A program made the position numbers and the translations under genes. Below, in pieces: positions 24,856 to 38,950 of a DNA stretch of 64,000 nucleotides. Under the pieces are notes generated by a model. It was not told where the DNA came from, did no database searches, and saw only the letters and a program-made list of their open reading frames with translations. The DNA is from Perna viridis (taxonomy: Eukaryota), in the NCBI GenBank assembly GCA_037379345.1, contig CM074517.1, positions 31,496,001-31,560,000 of the forward strand, in the 5' to 3' direction. Positions within the stretch are counted from its first letter, which is position 1; the number at the start of each line of letters is the position of its first letter.

Positions 24856-27188
24856 TTTACTAAATAGGTAGTTTGATCGTTGAATATTGTTTGAAGATAC
24901 ACTGCGCAGAAAAGGAGCTTTTTCACAACCAAATATGAACCAGCTCTATGTCTAGCTCGGGTAAAACAACAAAACAAAAGCAAGTTTACAAACGTAAACC
25001 AGCTAACTGAACACATTAACAGCCTATATATACATTGGAGAAAACAAGAGGCTCACATGTTATATACACTAAGTAAGTCCAAATGCCATGTAGCAGTACT
25101 ATGGTTTTAAAGGGTGGCTGCATGAAAAAATTCATGCCTGGCTCAGCTCGTCTTTATAGCTTTGAGATATGAATGCAAAATGCATGATAAACAAATAATG
25201 TTTGAAAGACAATGGTAAATTTTTCATGTAATGCATGTGAAAAATCGTCAGGGGCAATCAATGGTATCCATAGTACATACATGCATTTACTTCTTTTATG
25301 AGAATTTTAATTAGTCTCAATCTTTCCAGGTTTAAAATTTTTGGAGAAAAAACAGGATGAATTTAATCATTTGAAACCAAATCGGCGTCAAAATTCTACA
25401 ACTATTTTCAAATCTAAGATTTTTGTTTGATTGTAATTGCAGATTAAATAGTGAGTCAAAACTTCACTAATTTATCAAAGGTTATAAAGTTTGAAACCAT
25501 TTTCTGATTATTACGTATAACCAAAAAAAGGTACCTCCTCTGTAGAAAGCTCATATTAATATCGCAAATAAAATCTGATAAAACGGATACTAATCGAATT
25601 ATATAGTTCAATTTTAGGCGAAAATCTCAGATCAAATAAACCTATATCTGCCAACAGCACATTATAGAATTTTTAAAAGCTATTTGGTAAATGTTGATTT
25701 GATTTTTATAGATTTCCCATGTTGATAGCAAACCGTCATCATCGAGAATCAAAGGAAGCCATCATGGTTTTAGTCTTATCCTTTTTATGCCGGACGCATT
25801 TTTAAATTAATGTTAATGCATATCAAAAATTATTAAGTAGCTATTACACTCTTCAGTGAACAGATGACTTTATTAAGGGATTTTAAATTCAAATTAGGAA
25901 CGGTGTGCAAAGAAAAGTTTTGTTACTCGATGACTAATGGCTTTCTAATATCGTTGCGGAAACAACCAGAAGTCCCAGGCGATAATTGCGGGGACAAAAA
26001 TTCCATTGCAATCTGGCACATTTAAAACCGTAAAAATTTTGTAAAATGTTTTAACATGTAGGCATAAATGAGTTTCATCAATGCATGTAGAAATAATTTG
26101 ATATTAAAGTACAACTTGCATTTGAGGAAGTTCAACAAATTCTGTGTTCTTGAAAAAATTTCGAATGTGCATGTGATTCGGAAATTTAACGGGTTTTTGT
26201 GAAAATTTTCTTTATCTTTTTTGGTTCTTCTTTTTTACTCTGGTAACTGAATTTTGATTTCATCTTTTTATTGAACGCATAAAAGATTGTTTTTTTCTGC
26301 ATGAACAATTACATTTAGTTGCAAGTAAGATTATCGTAATGAAAACCCTTAATTGCTTAGTTTGTTTATTTGAGTTTTGCTTCCTCTCGCCTTACTCCAT
26401 AAGAAAGTCTGCTGACCGAACAACGCACTGTAAAAGTTCCCACTAAAAAATGATGTGACAATCATATGATAACAGGATATTGTGTCTCTGGCATAACTAC
26501 ATTGTACTTTCGAAACTCACCGGGAAGTAACTAAAATGCATTATACATATACGTGTATAATGACATGCAAAAGGAACATCCAAGGTCTATCAAGGTCATT
26601 TCAACCAAAAAACCAAAGGAGATGATTTTGACATAACAGTTGGTATTATTGTGTAATGAATCAACAAAAAAATATTTTGCTTTATTTTGTATTTTTTTTT
26701 ATTTAAATTGGGTCGAAGTTAATCATGCCCTTTGTTTATTTTATCGTGTGCGTGTTCTTAGTCGGCAAAATTTTTTTTTGGGGGTTTTCTGTTTTAATAT
26801 ATACATGTTTTTAAAATTTTGACCTCGGTCATGATAGTAAACTGTAGATTCATATAAAAAATGCCTAGAAATATATCAATTCAAAATTTTAATTATGATT
26901 CAGTAATGGATCATGAACATGTAACAAAATCACTATGTACAGAAATATTTGTGTCTCTCCTGCAATTTCTCTGACGCACCGAGAGTATTTTTTTACATGG
27001 ATTTGCTATAGAAATACATACCCTGGATTTGGCGAATGTTTAACAATAATTAACAAAATCAACTATCAGACGCCTTTCTCGCAGAGACACAAAATTTACA
27101 ACAACAATCACACACTCTTACATATTTAGTTTCACGAAGTTATCACAATCAATTGTTTGCACTGTCATTATATTGTCACTATGTATCA

Positions 27189-27839
27189 TTACGACCTTTC
27201 AATTTCCGGTTTTGAAAGCACTGGTTTGTGCAAACTCAGGGGCGATGCTGATGACAGAAAAGCAGTAGCTGGTGCTAGTGAAGATGAAAGTCCTAAGCTA
27301 GGTACACCACATGTGCAAGGTTTTCCGGAAGCGATACCACAAACACCTGAAGGATGTGCAGATTCCATCCAAGGGAAATGCATTTTTGGGACGGAGGCAA
27401 TAGAATGAGTTGGTGTCGAGCTTGACAACGGTGAGCTAGATTCTGCTGTAGATACTGGACGGTGGAGTGATTCAAGGCCGGGTCTGTATATAGGTGAACT
27501 AGTGTCGAAACCGGGTACTGGTCGCAGGGGGGAGCTAGTATCAAGACCGACGAATGGACGGTGTAACGGACTGTTCATTGATTGTAGAAGGTCAAGGCGA
27601 GGCTGAAGTGGACTTGACAAAGGTGTGAAAGCTGAGTTTCCAGAAGACGGAAGTCCACCGAGACTAAGGCTTGGATATGACATAGCAGCAGGATTTGGAA
27701 AGCCATAAGGGTATGATGCTTGGGCGGCGGCAGCAGCGGCAAGATAGGCGTAGACCTGTGGGTCAGCTGGGATTCCGTACGGCCATGTCATTGCCATGCG
27801 TTGCCTCTTGTCTTTCATGCGTCTGTTCTGGAACCAAAC
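27189..27839 (-). CDS. Evx: even-skipped (Evx) exon 3: homeodomain helix 3 and Ala/Pro/Ser-rich C-terminus
   Basis: Acceptor TTCTTCAG|GTT; [26 protein letters not shown] followed by poly-Ala, as in Eve/Evx proteins; stop at 27189. Confidence 0.97.
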   Translation of the reverse strand, partial: VWFQNRRMKDKRQRMAMTWPYGIPADPQVYAYLAAAAAAQASYPYGFPNPAAMSYPSLSLGGLPSSGNSAFTPLSSPLQPRLDLLQSMNSPLHRPFVGLDTSSPLRPVPGFDTSSPIYRPGLESLHRPVSTAESSSPLSSSTPTHSIASVPKMHFPWMESAHPSGVCGIASGKPCTCGVPSLGLSSSLAPATAFLSSASPLSLHKPVLSKPEIERS

Positions 27840-28088
27840 CTGAAGAAAAAAAAAGAAGATAAGTTTCAATCGTCTATCTGTTCAAAAACGTAAACCTTAC
27901 AGCGGCATTTGTTTCTGTTGTTAATTTAGATATCACATTCCATTTCTACATTCTGATATTGCTTCTTGTCTTTACCTTGGTAAAATGTTGCTTCCTGGTC
28001 CTCGAGTTTTGTTTTGCTTTTCATATTTTAATAAACAACTACTAAGTGAACTACAAATAATTTATTGAAATTATGTCATAATAAATAC

Positions 28089-28249
28089 CTTGATTGTGCT
28101 TTCAGACAAGTTGAGCTCTGCAGCAAGTTCGCATCGTTTAGGCCTGGATACGTAGTTCTCCTTAAGAAACTCTTTCTCAAGTCTATTCAGCTGTTCTTTT
28201 GTGAAAGCTGTTCTGTATCGTCTCAAGTCTCTCTGGTCCTGTGTGCTTT
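28089..28249 (-). CDS. Evx: Evx exon 2: homeodomain helices 1-2
   Basis: TTTTACAG acceptor and AAG|GTATTT donor; 161 nt, phase 1 to 0. Translates [54 protein letters not shown], with the Evx-diagnostic ENYVSRP.RCELAA. Not in the ORF track. Confidence 0.97.
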
Positions 28250-30742
28250 CTGTAAAAGTAAAAAAAAAACATCAGGTAAAAATAAAAAAGGTTGCATTTT
28301 CACAAGTGCAGTTTAACTATTATGGCAATATTTAGTAACATGTGTCGTGTTTGAGAGTTGTTAATCAGTAATTTTAACGATAATTAATGTCAGTTTGTTA
28401 AATAAGAGTATTTAATTTCATCTAGTGTTGTTTCGTTTCAGAAGTTTTCTTCTTTCTCTAATGATGCACACCCGTTTAGATTACTATCTGGTCCGCCATC
28501 TTTGATGCTCTCTTTGTACAAATTTTGCACAAGTGGTAATCGTATTAAGACAGAACGCATTTTCTTTAGATCATCTTACATGCTAATGTGTGTTAAAGAT
28601 TTTAATGCGTTATGCCAAAATTTTGAAATAATTCCTTTTAAGCCAAATTTGATTACAATTGCATTTTTGCTGCAGTACGGACTATTTATTTTAATTTTAA
28701 ATTTTGGAGGACTAAGCACGGATCAAAGAACCGAAATATTTTACGAAGAAAGCGCCAGAAAGTTTAACAGTTGTTTTATGGGTGTATGTTGTAAATGACC
28801 AGAATAAAACCAAGTAAAAATCAATTTATTTGAAACTTGACATATGTTTAACTGGTGCATATGAACATTATAAGCGCGTGCTGAAACGCTAATAATATTT
28901 TGATAATAGATTTTCGCGAATTAAATGAGGTGAAAGTCTTTGATTTTAAAATTGAAACCTTTTCATTTTTTTCATTTGAATATCAATTTATGCAGGTGTT
29001 TTCACTTGTTTTGGCCACTAAAAACTCATGGCGATTGAAAAACAGCCTCCTCCCACGAGTTCAATTGGTACGTTCCAGCTTCAATTTACTGTATTAACAG
29101 TTTTAAAGTCCTTTTACAAATAGATTATTACCCTGTTTAAGTTTGCAAGAGACATAAAAATCTTGTTAAATGTTATTAGTGGAGGGATTTAATGTCCAAA
29201 GGAACATTATAGTTTTCAATTGAGAAATTCAGTATAGTTCATTGAATCTTTTGCAAATTTGACATAGGCCCATTAAGTGGAAAACATCAAAAGACAGACG
29301 GTATATACAATTTAGAGTGTGGTGAAATTAAGGAATTTTGTGTTTGTACACAATGTAAGAAATGCCAAGTATTAAACGAAAGATGAAATAAATGTTTTCC
29401 ACTAAGAATTTTATGATGATGATGAGAGATACTCCCCTAATGCCTTTGTTCGGAATACCGTTTGATCTATGCCAAAGACTTGCCTACCCGAATTCCAAAT
29501 TTATCATTAATAGCGAGCAGTGGGCTAATCATTTAATACTTTTGGACTTCAAAACGAATTTTATGGATAACATCAATAATCGAATTGACATAAAGAAAGT
29601 AATGAATTCGACTTCAGTTGATTAATCGTGGAAGCTCCCATAAATTCTTGGTAAAAGACAACAAAATAAAACTAACCAGAGTTCTTTTTTTTTTTCGTAA
29701 ATTATTGTGGTCTTGTTTTATAATAATTAATATTGTCTTATAAAAGTAAGTGGTTAAATCTCTCATTCATAATATTTTATTTTGTCGATGTTTGCGTCAA
29801 TTGAAGTGACGTTAATTGAAGTAATCGTCCCCAAACTGTAATTATAAACTTTCATAATTGTAATTGATTACAAAAATTCAAACATGGTTTTCGTTTTAAG
29901 AAAACACGAGAAAATGATTTCTTTCACATGCTTTTCTTAGCGGTCAAATTTTAAATCACGCGTAGAAATTTTAAGATGTGCCATTTTGAATTATAAAACT
30001 GAAGGGGAAAATGTTTCAAATTGAATGCTATTTACATGAAAAGGGAAACGGGTCTATCGAATTTGTTTTCGCTTAATTTCCCAAAGCATGTGGTTCTTTT
30101 CTGAGTTTGCAAATCATCAAAAGATTTTGTTAATAGAATAACATTTATTCAAACCTTTTGGGGTATTATATTAAGATTTTATAGGTATTTATTCATAGAC
30201 CATTTAACTTAAATCATCTAGATTTCTTTCAGAAGAAATTCACTTTAAAACGAAGGCGAAAGCGTCTAAAATGTATCAATAATGACAATTTGTGGAAAAT
30301 TCTTTCGAGCAAAAATCCCCCAATTTCTTAAAGTTGGATGGGATTTTTTTTTCATTACAATCAACGTTTGGGCTTGTTAATTATAACTTCATAGATTTTT
30401 GTTTTGTTTTTGTTTTTGATTTTTTTTTTAAATGCACTGTTATGTCTTTGTGTTATATTAGTGGACATTTAATCAAAACTTTAACTGCTACATATAACTT
30501 AAATTGGGACAATTATTGCATATGTTTAATATGCGAACAATCATATGAATGTTCAAATAAATTAGAGACATTCCGCATAGACAGGTAAGCATAAATTATT
30601 CTCATAAGATCTAAAGGTATATGTTAGGAGACTTATTTTAAAGAATAAATAATATACCTAAAATACTACATTTAGAATAATATTAGATAAAAGCTAAAAG
30701 ATGAACAAGTTTGATATTGGTAAAGTAAGACATATTAATTAC

Positions 30743-30965
30743 CTTTATATTTTCCAAAGCAAGATTTTTCTGGTGTTGACCCATCGCCATTGGAACCATC
30801 AGAGCATTCGGACTGTGGAGAGTCTGGAAAATCTATTCTTTTTTCCAAAGAATTCGAGAGTTTTCTGCACGGATCAGAAATCTTCAAACCATCTTCTGTA
30901 ATAGATGTATCACTGAGAGACATGTTCGGGGAACTGTTTGGTGAAGTGGGTAAAGAACCTTGCAT
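30743..30965 (-). CDS. Evx: Evx exon 1 coding part ([13 protein letters not shown]...CFGKYK)
   Basis: ATG at 30965 and phase-1 donor G|GTAATT at 30743, compatible with exon 2. Joined CDS 223+161+651 = 1035 nt, 344 aa. Confidence 0.85.
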
Positions 30966-31324
30966 GTTGTATAAAGGTATAGTGTCCACAAACACAAACT
31001 AATAAAATGTTTAGAGTCCACAAAATTCACGCACTGCGTCAATAATAAAATGTCCTTGAATATTTCAGTGATGCGGAAAATATGCAGATCTTAGCCGATC
31101 AAAGAGATTATTACAAAATAATGTTTATCCTTTTGAAAGTCACTAATGTACTGAGGTACAACTGATGTGGAAGCCGTTATAAACCCTCTTGGTGTTCAAT
31201 CAGGCGTGAAAATCTAAACAACCCAATTGAAGAATTAATAGCTGTTTCAATTGTCATAAATAAATCAAATTCACTTGTTTGAAAAACATCTATTCATTCG
31301 GTAATTGATAATCCTTTAACGATC

Positions 31325-31430
31325 ATCATGGGCGTGGTTAAACAAATGGTGTGAAAATAGGCGGAGTTTAACAAAATTTGCCCAAAGCTGATATACGATT
31401 GGTCAAAATTAATGAGCCGTGTCCAATGAA
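31325..31430 (-). promoter_or_regulatory. Putative Evx proximal promoter
   Basis: GC-box-like GGGCGTGGT and AGGCGGAGT plus two CCAAT boxes (ATTGG about 31398, CCAAT about 31423), 360-460 bp upstream of the ATG. Confidence 0.5.
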
Positions 31431-34400
31431 GATGTCGAACTAATTTCTTGTCAGTGTCATGTAGGTGTCTTCTTCATAAACATGTAAATGAGTTCACCTG
31501 TCGTGTAATTATGTCAATTTTGTTTTTAATGATTTGTTGCATTATTACAAAAATGCATTGGACAACAAATAGTTAGTACCCTTATTCTAAGACATGTCAT
31601 TTTATATCTCTGTGGCATGAATTATGTACATTAATGCGAGAATCAGAAATGCCAAAAATATAGGACCAAAAATAATAAAGAATGGATTATATGTTACAAA
31701 TTGTGACTAATTATTTTTCCACCTCTAAAATGTTAACAGTATTTTTTTTCTTTATAATCACCGCGTAAACAATTTTTATTTTGTTATTTTGAAATAAGGA
31801 GTTAAGCCATAGATTGGCACAATCCATTTTTCCCTTTGGAGTCAACATTACGTACGAATTGAAAGCATCCTAAAATTGAAAGCAACAAGTAAATAATATT
31901 CAAATCCAAGTGCCACTCCAAATAGAGGTTAGAAAAACTATTAGGGATGTTTTTATTGTTGGTTATATATATATATATATTACGGAATTAAGATAGGTTA
32001 GGACAATTTAGGAGTACATTTTTTTTTATTTTTGAAGAGTTTTTGCAGATTTTTTTCAAGCTAAACATGTACACCGTTACATATATGTGTAAATTAAACA
32101 AGAGAATTATCTCTTACATGTCTTATACCAGAAAGTTCATAGGTTAATACCTATATTTATATACATCGACTCGCGAAAACCAATTGTGAAGATGAGACTA
32201 TTATGGATAGGTTTTTATGAAAAAATACTTGACAACTGATATTTATAACATACATGTATATCTAGTCCATGTATGCTACAATATTCTGCCATTGGTCTGG
32301 AGGACGTTCGGGTGATATTATATTTTCTTGTGCACATGACAAATTTGTGTGGATATCTTACATTGCATGTTATTACTTTTTCACTCGATTTTACCTGTTT
32401 TTTGTAGCCCCAATATTTAATGATCCGGGTTTGGAATTAGACCTATTTTGTTTCTTTTTGAGCTATAAGTTGTTCTATGTTGTATACATACCTACATGGA
32501 TATATATCATTCATGTACATGTAGGATGATTTCTAATTTCTTAAACATGCATAACTTGTGTCGCTTTTTGGTTACCATTTTCCTCAGAATTGCAAGTAAG
32601 ACTAAACATTATGTCTACCATATACAATTTAGTACAGACATGATTAGAAATGAAAGTAAAAACATATGAATTTAATTTGAAACTCCCATTATTTTATGGT
32701 GGAAACCCTGACGAGACCACAGTCAATATTTAGGGCCCTAATAATACAATACGCCACGGAGTATCTACTATTTAATCATAAATGATGCGTGTTTAGCGAT
32801 ACTCTGTTTGAAATATTGTACAATTATTACCCATAATTGTCAATAAAGTTTTATTTTCAACACGTATCTTAAATTAATATCGATTCACTACTATGAAACA
32901 TGAAACCCTGTGACCAGTATAAATTAAAACAATGTGGGGATTCTGCGATCTCAGACAGTTTTAGGGTCATAATTAATTAGATAACTGCAGATTAATTCAT
33001 TAACACATAGTTGGTACATTTCCTCAATAAAAGAGAATTTCCCGTCAATCTGGGCAGGGTTTCGGCACATCTAATTAATTTTGACCAGAAATAAAGTTGG
33101 CGCAAAACATTAAAATTTATGACTCCTTTTTGAGAATTTTACCAGATCCCGTTGCATATTTTGTATTTCTCTGTGTGAATATTGCTTTTCTAGTGTGAAG
33201 ATAATGATTTGAGATACTTAAGCAATCAATAAAAATGGTCAACTTCAAAGTCTTGTCACTAAATATTCATGAATAAAGTTCTGTTAAGTGTCTTTGATCT
33301 TTACGGTAAAATTTTCAAGAGGTCGAAAAGAGAAACATTTCCTTTGTACCAAATTATGTATGGAATTCGAAATAAACAATTGAAATTTTGCTGAATATTA
33401 CGCACCTTTAGAAGACCATAGTCTGCACAGGAACATTTTTTAACCATTAATTCAAATTGTATACAAAAAAAGTTATGGGAAGGAGGTAATGATTTTTTTA
33501 AATTAAATATTGTACTCTAATGGTATTGATTGTCTTATAGAATGTAGCAACAAAAGATATCAAATAAAGTAAGAGCAAAACGAAACAAAAATAAACTAAC
33601 AAACAATAACAATACAAAAAAACACAATTAGTTCTTTGAATATGTAACAATATCTATAAACTGATTTATTTCCACAGAATACAAAACTGCATTGATTTTA
33701 TGTATACAAATTTGTTGTTGATGTTGATATGTTTGTATAATTGTTTGTTTGTATGAAAACATACTATACGTATGAGAGGGTGATATGTTTTCCTTGGAGT
33801 TAGAACCCTAACATCAAAATCCGATTAAATGAAGCTTATTAGTTTTAATTTCACGAATTCTCATCGGTATTGTATTTCAATTACTGATTCTGTAAACCTA
33901 TCTTGTAAGCCCGCAGGACAATGATTGTTCTTTATTCTGAATGATTATTTAATATGAGTATACAATAGAAATCCTAACAAGCGTTTTCTTTTTTCATCAA
34001 TTTGTTTTTGGATTTCATTGTTATTTATTTATGTTTTCTGATTGATCTTTTGTAAACAATTCACACACTCAATATTCGTGACTTCAAACGGTAACACATC
34101 GGAGTGCTAAATTTTGATCGTGATCGGGACGGGATACCATATTTAGGTATAATTTCATGAAATAAAAACAATTTGCTCGTCGAAAGAACCTTAATTATTC
34201 CGCTAATGTAAAATAAATGAGGATTTTTGTCGGTATAGAGAGTATTAATTGTATTGATCGCTCGCCAAATTAAACATAAATATTTTTGCTATTTCAATTC
34301 TATATTTTAGCTAAAGAAGTCGCTCCCATTAGACGCAAAAGAAATCATAATAATTACTTTTTGTCAGAGGTTTTATTTGATAAATAAATTTATTTCAATT

Positions 34401-36304
34401 TAACTGTCTCAAACCTTTTACCCTGGATATCAGGGTGGGTTTTTCAAATCTATCCTGAATTGAAAAAAATGAAAATGAAATAAAATTATTTCAGACTATA
34501 TCTAAAGTATACATTTCATGATTAAAGCGCTTTTTCGTATTTGAAAATTGAATCCCTGGAAAAAAGAGTCAGAATAAATACTTCAGTTGTCTCACATAAA
34601 TGAAATAAAGACATGGAAAAGACACTTGTGTAAACCAAAAAGAATATCGAGAGAAAATTCAAAATAAATAACGAAGAAAAGAAAACAAGTCCTGATTTCA
34701 TTTGTACTAAAATTTTGATATTATGAAAATATTGTTATATGCTACGAAGTCATGCCAACAATACACGCGAAATAAAGTTGTATGAAGCACAAAAAACTTA
34801 TATTATTGGAATGCTTATTATTCATAGTATTTGTTGTTGAACAGATGTTATAAACATCAAATGTTTTCATGCGACTATGTTTTTCTATAATTCTGACCAA
34901 TATTTGCAAACAAATGGGGGGGGGGGGGGTTGTACTCAATTTCCATTGAAGAATTTTTTTTAGAAACATTACAATTGAGTCAGATATTCATAACTTTATC
35001 ATGAAATTAAAATCATTACATTTTATATAAGTAAACAGATACGTTATTTTAGCTAAGGATAAAGATATGTTGAATTAAAAATTGTTTGAAGCGCATTAAA
35101 TCCACTCTTTTTCATATAAAAAAAATCTATTGGATTAAATCTAAGGTATTTTTAATCTTACAAGTGAACAACCATTACTCGGGTTTTTAAAACTGGAAAT
35201 GGCATTTCCAGAAAAAACACAACCGAGGCGCGATCTGATTTAATAAAATCGGAGCAAATACTCAATTTCAGAAACAAATTAAAGGAACAATTATGTGTAA
35301 TTCTTCTTATTTATGAGACTGTTAAAATTACTCCATTAATTCGACAATTTTTATGTTATCTATCTAAAAGTTAATTATTTTATAACAGTAATGTTACTAA
35401 TGTAAAAACATCAAACAGAATTTGAAAACAAGATTTTCAATGTATGATCCTGATAAAAACATGCCTTAACATGGAAAAATTATTGAATTAGGACAATGAT
35501 GAATATTTATCAGATATTGATGAATATTCAGTAATTTTTACCTATCTAATTATTACATCAAAGAATCTACCGAAACTTAAATTATACGGGACAATACGAT
35601 AATTGGTTAATTATTGTAATTCACTTAGATCTACACGATAGCTGGAATAATACATTGGTTTACAAAATTTTCTGGAGGCAAAATCTATATCATTCTCATG
35701 TGAAAAAGAAAATATTTTGTGATATGCCTGTTAATCGAATTACTGGATTATCAAGATAGGTCTGGAGCAATATTAAACGTGTAATAAATGTTTTCACATA
35801 ATTGTCCACTATTCTAACCACACGCACTTTTATCTTGTAAAGTTTTTCGAAGAAATTAAAAAAAAAAAACTGATTTCCAAATTAACTACACATCAAGTGA
35901 AGCATTATAAAACTATTCCGCCCAATTTTTATTTTTACAGTGTAATAAAATTTGATAAATATCCTAAGGTGAGACGTGAGAACCCTGTCTTGGAATAACG
36001 GTTATACATGTACAATTTAAACCAAGATGATGGACAACGATTGCGACTGGTATTCAGCACCCGGATTTGTTAGGAACGACGTATTGGACCAAAAAGTGGA
36101 CAGTATGCATGCCGCGTAAAAACTTTGTTGGTCTTTTTTTGAATTTCAATGTTAATTTTTGGAACGGTATGCCAAACCAAGGATTTATATAAATATATTT
36201 TACTCCTTGGCCAAACCTATGAAAATGTAGGTACGGGTGCTGCCGTATCTGCCGTGTTACCCACTTCGCCCTTTGCATGATGGGATTCGTGAACTTCTAC
36301 TTAA

Positions 36305-36367
36305 CATCGCCTGAATGTAGCTGAAATATTGCTGCTCGGGTTAAACCCCAACAATCAATCAATCAAT
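36305..36367 (+). mobile_element. 5'-truncated tail of the same SINE/LINE family as 2115-2629
   Basis: CATCGCCTGAATGTAGCTGAAATATTGCTGCTCGGGTTAAACCCCAA(CAAT)4. Confidence 0.75.
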
Positions 36368-36647
36368 GTATTTAACAAATTGTGGTCATCAAAAATGCAC
36401 AATCAAGTCAATATTCTCCAAATCTGATGCAGGCAAAGATCTAGAAATCTGACAATATATATTTTCACTCAAATTTTTTTTATTTTATTATTATTTTCTT
36501 ATTATTATTATTTTTAATTTTTTTTTCAATTCGAAATCTATGCTATATTTGTCCTATTGTACTCTTATTTGTCAAAGATTTACACATATATAAAAAAAAA
36601 AATACCAGGCCATTCTGATTCGTCTGACCTGTAGTTTTGTTGGTACC

Positions 36648-36825
36648 CAGCGGCAGATCCAAGTGGGGTGTGCAGGGGATTTGAACCCCTCTCTTGTTTT
36701 ATCGAAAAACTTGTCATTTTCATATGTGAAATTGACAAAAATGGTGAATAATGTCCTACCACTCCCCTTTTCTAAGTAACCCCGGTTGGCACCCCTCCTT
36801 TTCAAAGTGTCTGGATTCGCCCCTG
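36648..36825. mobile_element. MITE with 5-bp TSD
   Basis: CAGCGGCAGATCCA...CTGGATTCGCCCCTG flanked by GTACC on both sides. Confidence 0.75.
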
Positions 36826-37139
36826 GTACCCGTATGACCGTATGAGTTTTTGCATTCCTACTACAGCATTTCGACCAGTTATAGTAAATATGAATGTCAT
36901 AGGCAGGTTAAAGACAAAAGAGGGGCTCGAAAAGTTTGGTGAATTATATAATCCGGACGGGGTGCCTTAGACAGTCATCGCCCCACCCATTTGAGAATAT
37001 CTGGAACCGCCACCGAATGTACATGTAATCGCTAAGACCTACATGCATCCTAATAGTTTCAAAAATTTGACTGCGTCGATCGCCGCAGAAAACAACGAGG
37101 AGGAACTTGAGTTCGAGAAATATGCTATGGCAATTAATT

Positions 37140-38950
37140 AACAAAGAGGCTCTCGAAGAGCCTAAATCGCTCACCTGACAAACCATGTACTATTAACTAA
37201 GCAAGTAAAGGTATCATGCTTTGTTACAATGTTTGCCTAAAAAAATGCCGAAAAAGAGCATATATTGGAGAATGCTGTAAGTTCAAAAGAGTACCTAAGG
37301 CATTGTAAAATGTTTGAAATGCCTTCAAATTGTTTTTAGAATCACTGGAAAAAAATTGGAGAGGAGTGCCCTATGCCCTGTTATTCCACCAAGTCTGAGG
37401 GGCCATTATCCCAGTATAGATTTGCTGAAAAAGAACATAAAATGAGGTTAAACCACGGCTGTCCAAAATTTTCATCATCACCATTCATATCAGGAGACCA
37501 TGTTTACTCTTTAATACTCTTTAAACCAATTATCGTTGAAACAAAGCAAGTACAAAAATAAAGATTGTTCTTAGCGGAAAAATGGCCGCCAACAACAATC
37601 TTTCGCCATCACCATTCAACTTCAAACACCAAGTTTCATAAAGATGGAATCTGACCAACTGATGAAAACGGTCGCAAAATGGCAGCCTAAAAATAATTCA
37701 ATACTGCCGATCAACTCAGAATAGTATGTTTATCTTATGGGTAGTATTCATTTTCATTATTCTTCAACAGTTGAGGGAAAAAAAAGCAAAGAAAAAAAGC
37801 ATTTTGACCCTATGTTCTATTTTTAGTAACGACTGCCATGTTTTTTTTACTGATGAAAATTTTAAATGATCAGTTTGTGGAAGAAACCATAAAAAATATG
37901 CCAACTTTTATTTAATTTTGTTGCAATTGGTTTCAGAGAGTTGTACATTAATACGACTAAAATCTGTTTCAGGGGCCATAAATCCTACAATAGGCAACAA
38001 ATCATTTTGAAAATTTTGGCAAAGGTCCGTCTGCTGATGGTGAACAATATCACTCTCCATTAGAATTTGACTAAACTCAACGGTTTTTGAGTTATTGAAA
38101 AAAATGTATTTCGACCTCTTCGTTCTATTTAACAACAGCGGCCATACTTTTCATCGATCAAATGGTCATTTTGTGCAGGATATACTAAGAAACAGTATTA
38201 TCAACTTCCAATAAATTGTGTACAGTAGCTTCTCAGGAGAAGATTTATTTAAAGCAACTTCAAAGCGACAAAAAAAAAAACGTCCAAAAGGGCGGTAACT
38301 CCAATATGGGTCAATAGATCTCCACCAAAATTACATCACAGATAGAACTCATCATGGTGAACACTTTTACTCCCGTGTCAGAATTTGGTTAAACCTAACA
38401 GTTTTGGAAATATATGCAAAAAACTGCTGTCTGACTTTTATGTTCTATTTTTTAGAAACGACGGCCATGTTTTTTCATCGATCAGAAATACAAACGGTCA
38501 TTTTGTTTAGGATACCTTAAAAAAAGTAATATCAACTTTCATTGAATTCTGTACAGTAGTTTCTGAGAAGATATTTGAAGAAACCAATAACATCAAAAAC
38601 AGCAAAAAACGTCCAAATAGGGCAATAACTCCAACATGAGTCATCAGATCTTCACCACGAAAATTAAATCACAAATAGATCTCATCATGATGAACTCTTT
38701 TACCACCTGTCAGAATTTGGTTAAACTTAACGGTTTTGGAGATATATGAAAAAAAAACTGCTTTCTGACCCGTATGTTCCATTTTTTATAACGGCGACCA
38801 CCCAAACAGTCATTTTGTACAGGAAACCCTATGGAACATCATATTAAGTTTCATCCAAATACATTCAGGGGAGAAGATATTTGAAGAATGGTTAACGACG
38901 ACGACGGACGCCAAATGATGGCAATAGCTCACCTGGCCTATGGCTAAAAA
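37140..38950. mobile_element. Non-autonomous Helentron/HINE-type element carrying a ~325-bp tandem array
   Basis: Left end AACAAAGAGGCTCT-CGA-AGAGCCT..ATCGCTCACCTG; right end (GAC)n GGACGCCAAATGATGGCAATAGCTCACCTGG..CTAAAAA. Internal unit anchored by CGGCCATG at 38139, 38462 and 38792. Confidence 0.8.

Noticed and set aside
1-27000. Hox genes or Hox-cluster miRNAs (miR-10 family) next to Evx
   Set aside because: No second homeobox or recognisable mature miRNA sequence found by eye; a profile search would be needed to exclude them fully.
27840-27869. [10 protein letters not shown] start of ORF 27189-27869
   Set aside because: This is the intron polypyrimidine tract; the exon begins at 27839.
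32700-32745. Hammerhead ribozyme CTGACGA-GAC-CACA-GTC
   Set aside because: The required GAAA is replaced by AATA and there is no stem III.
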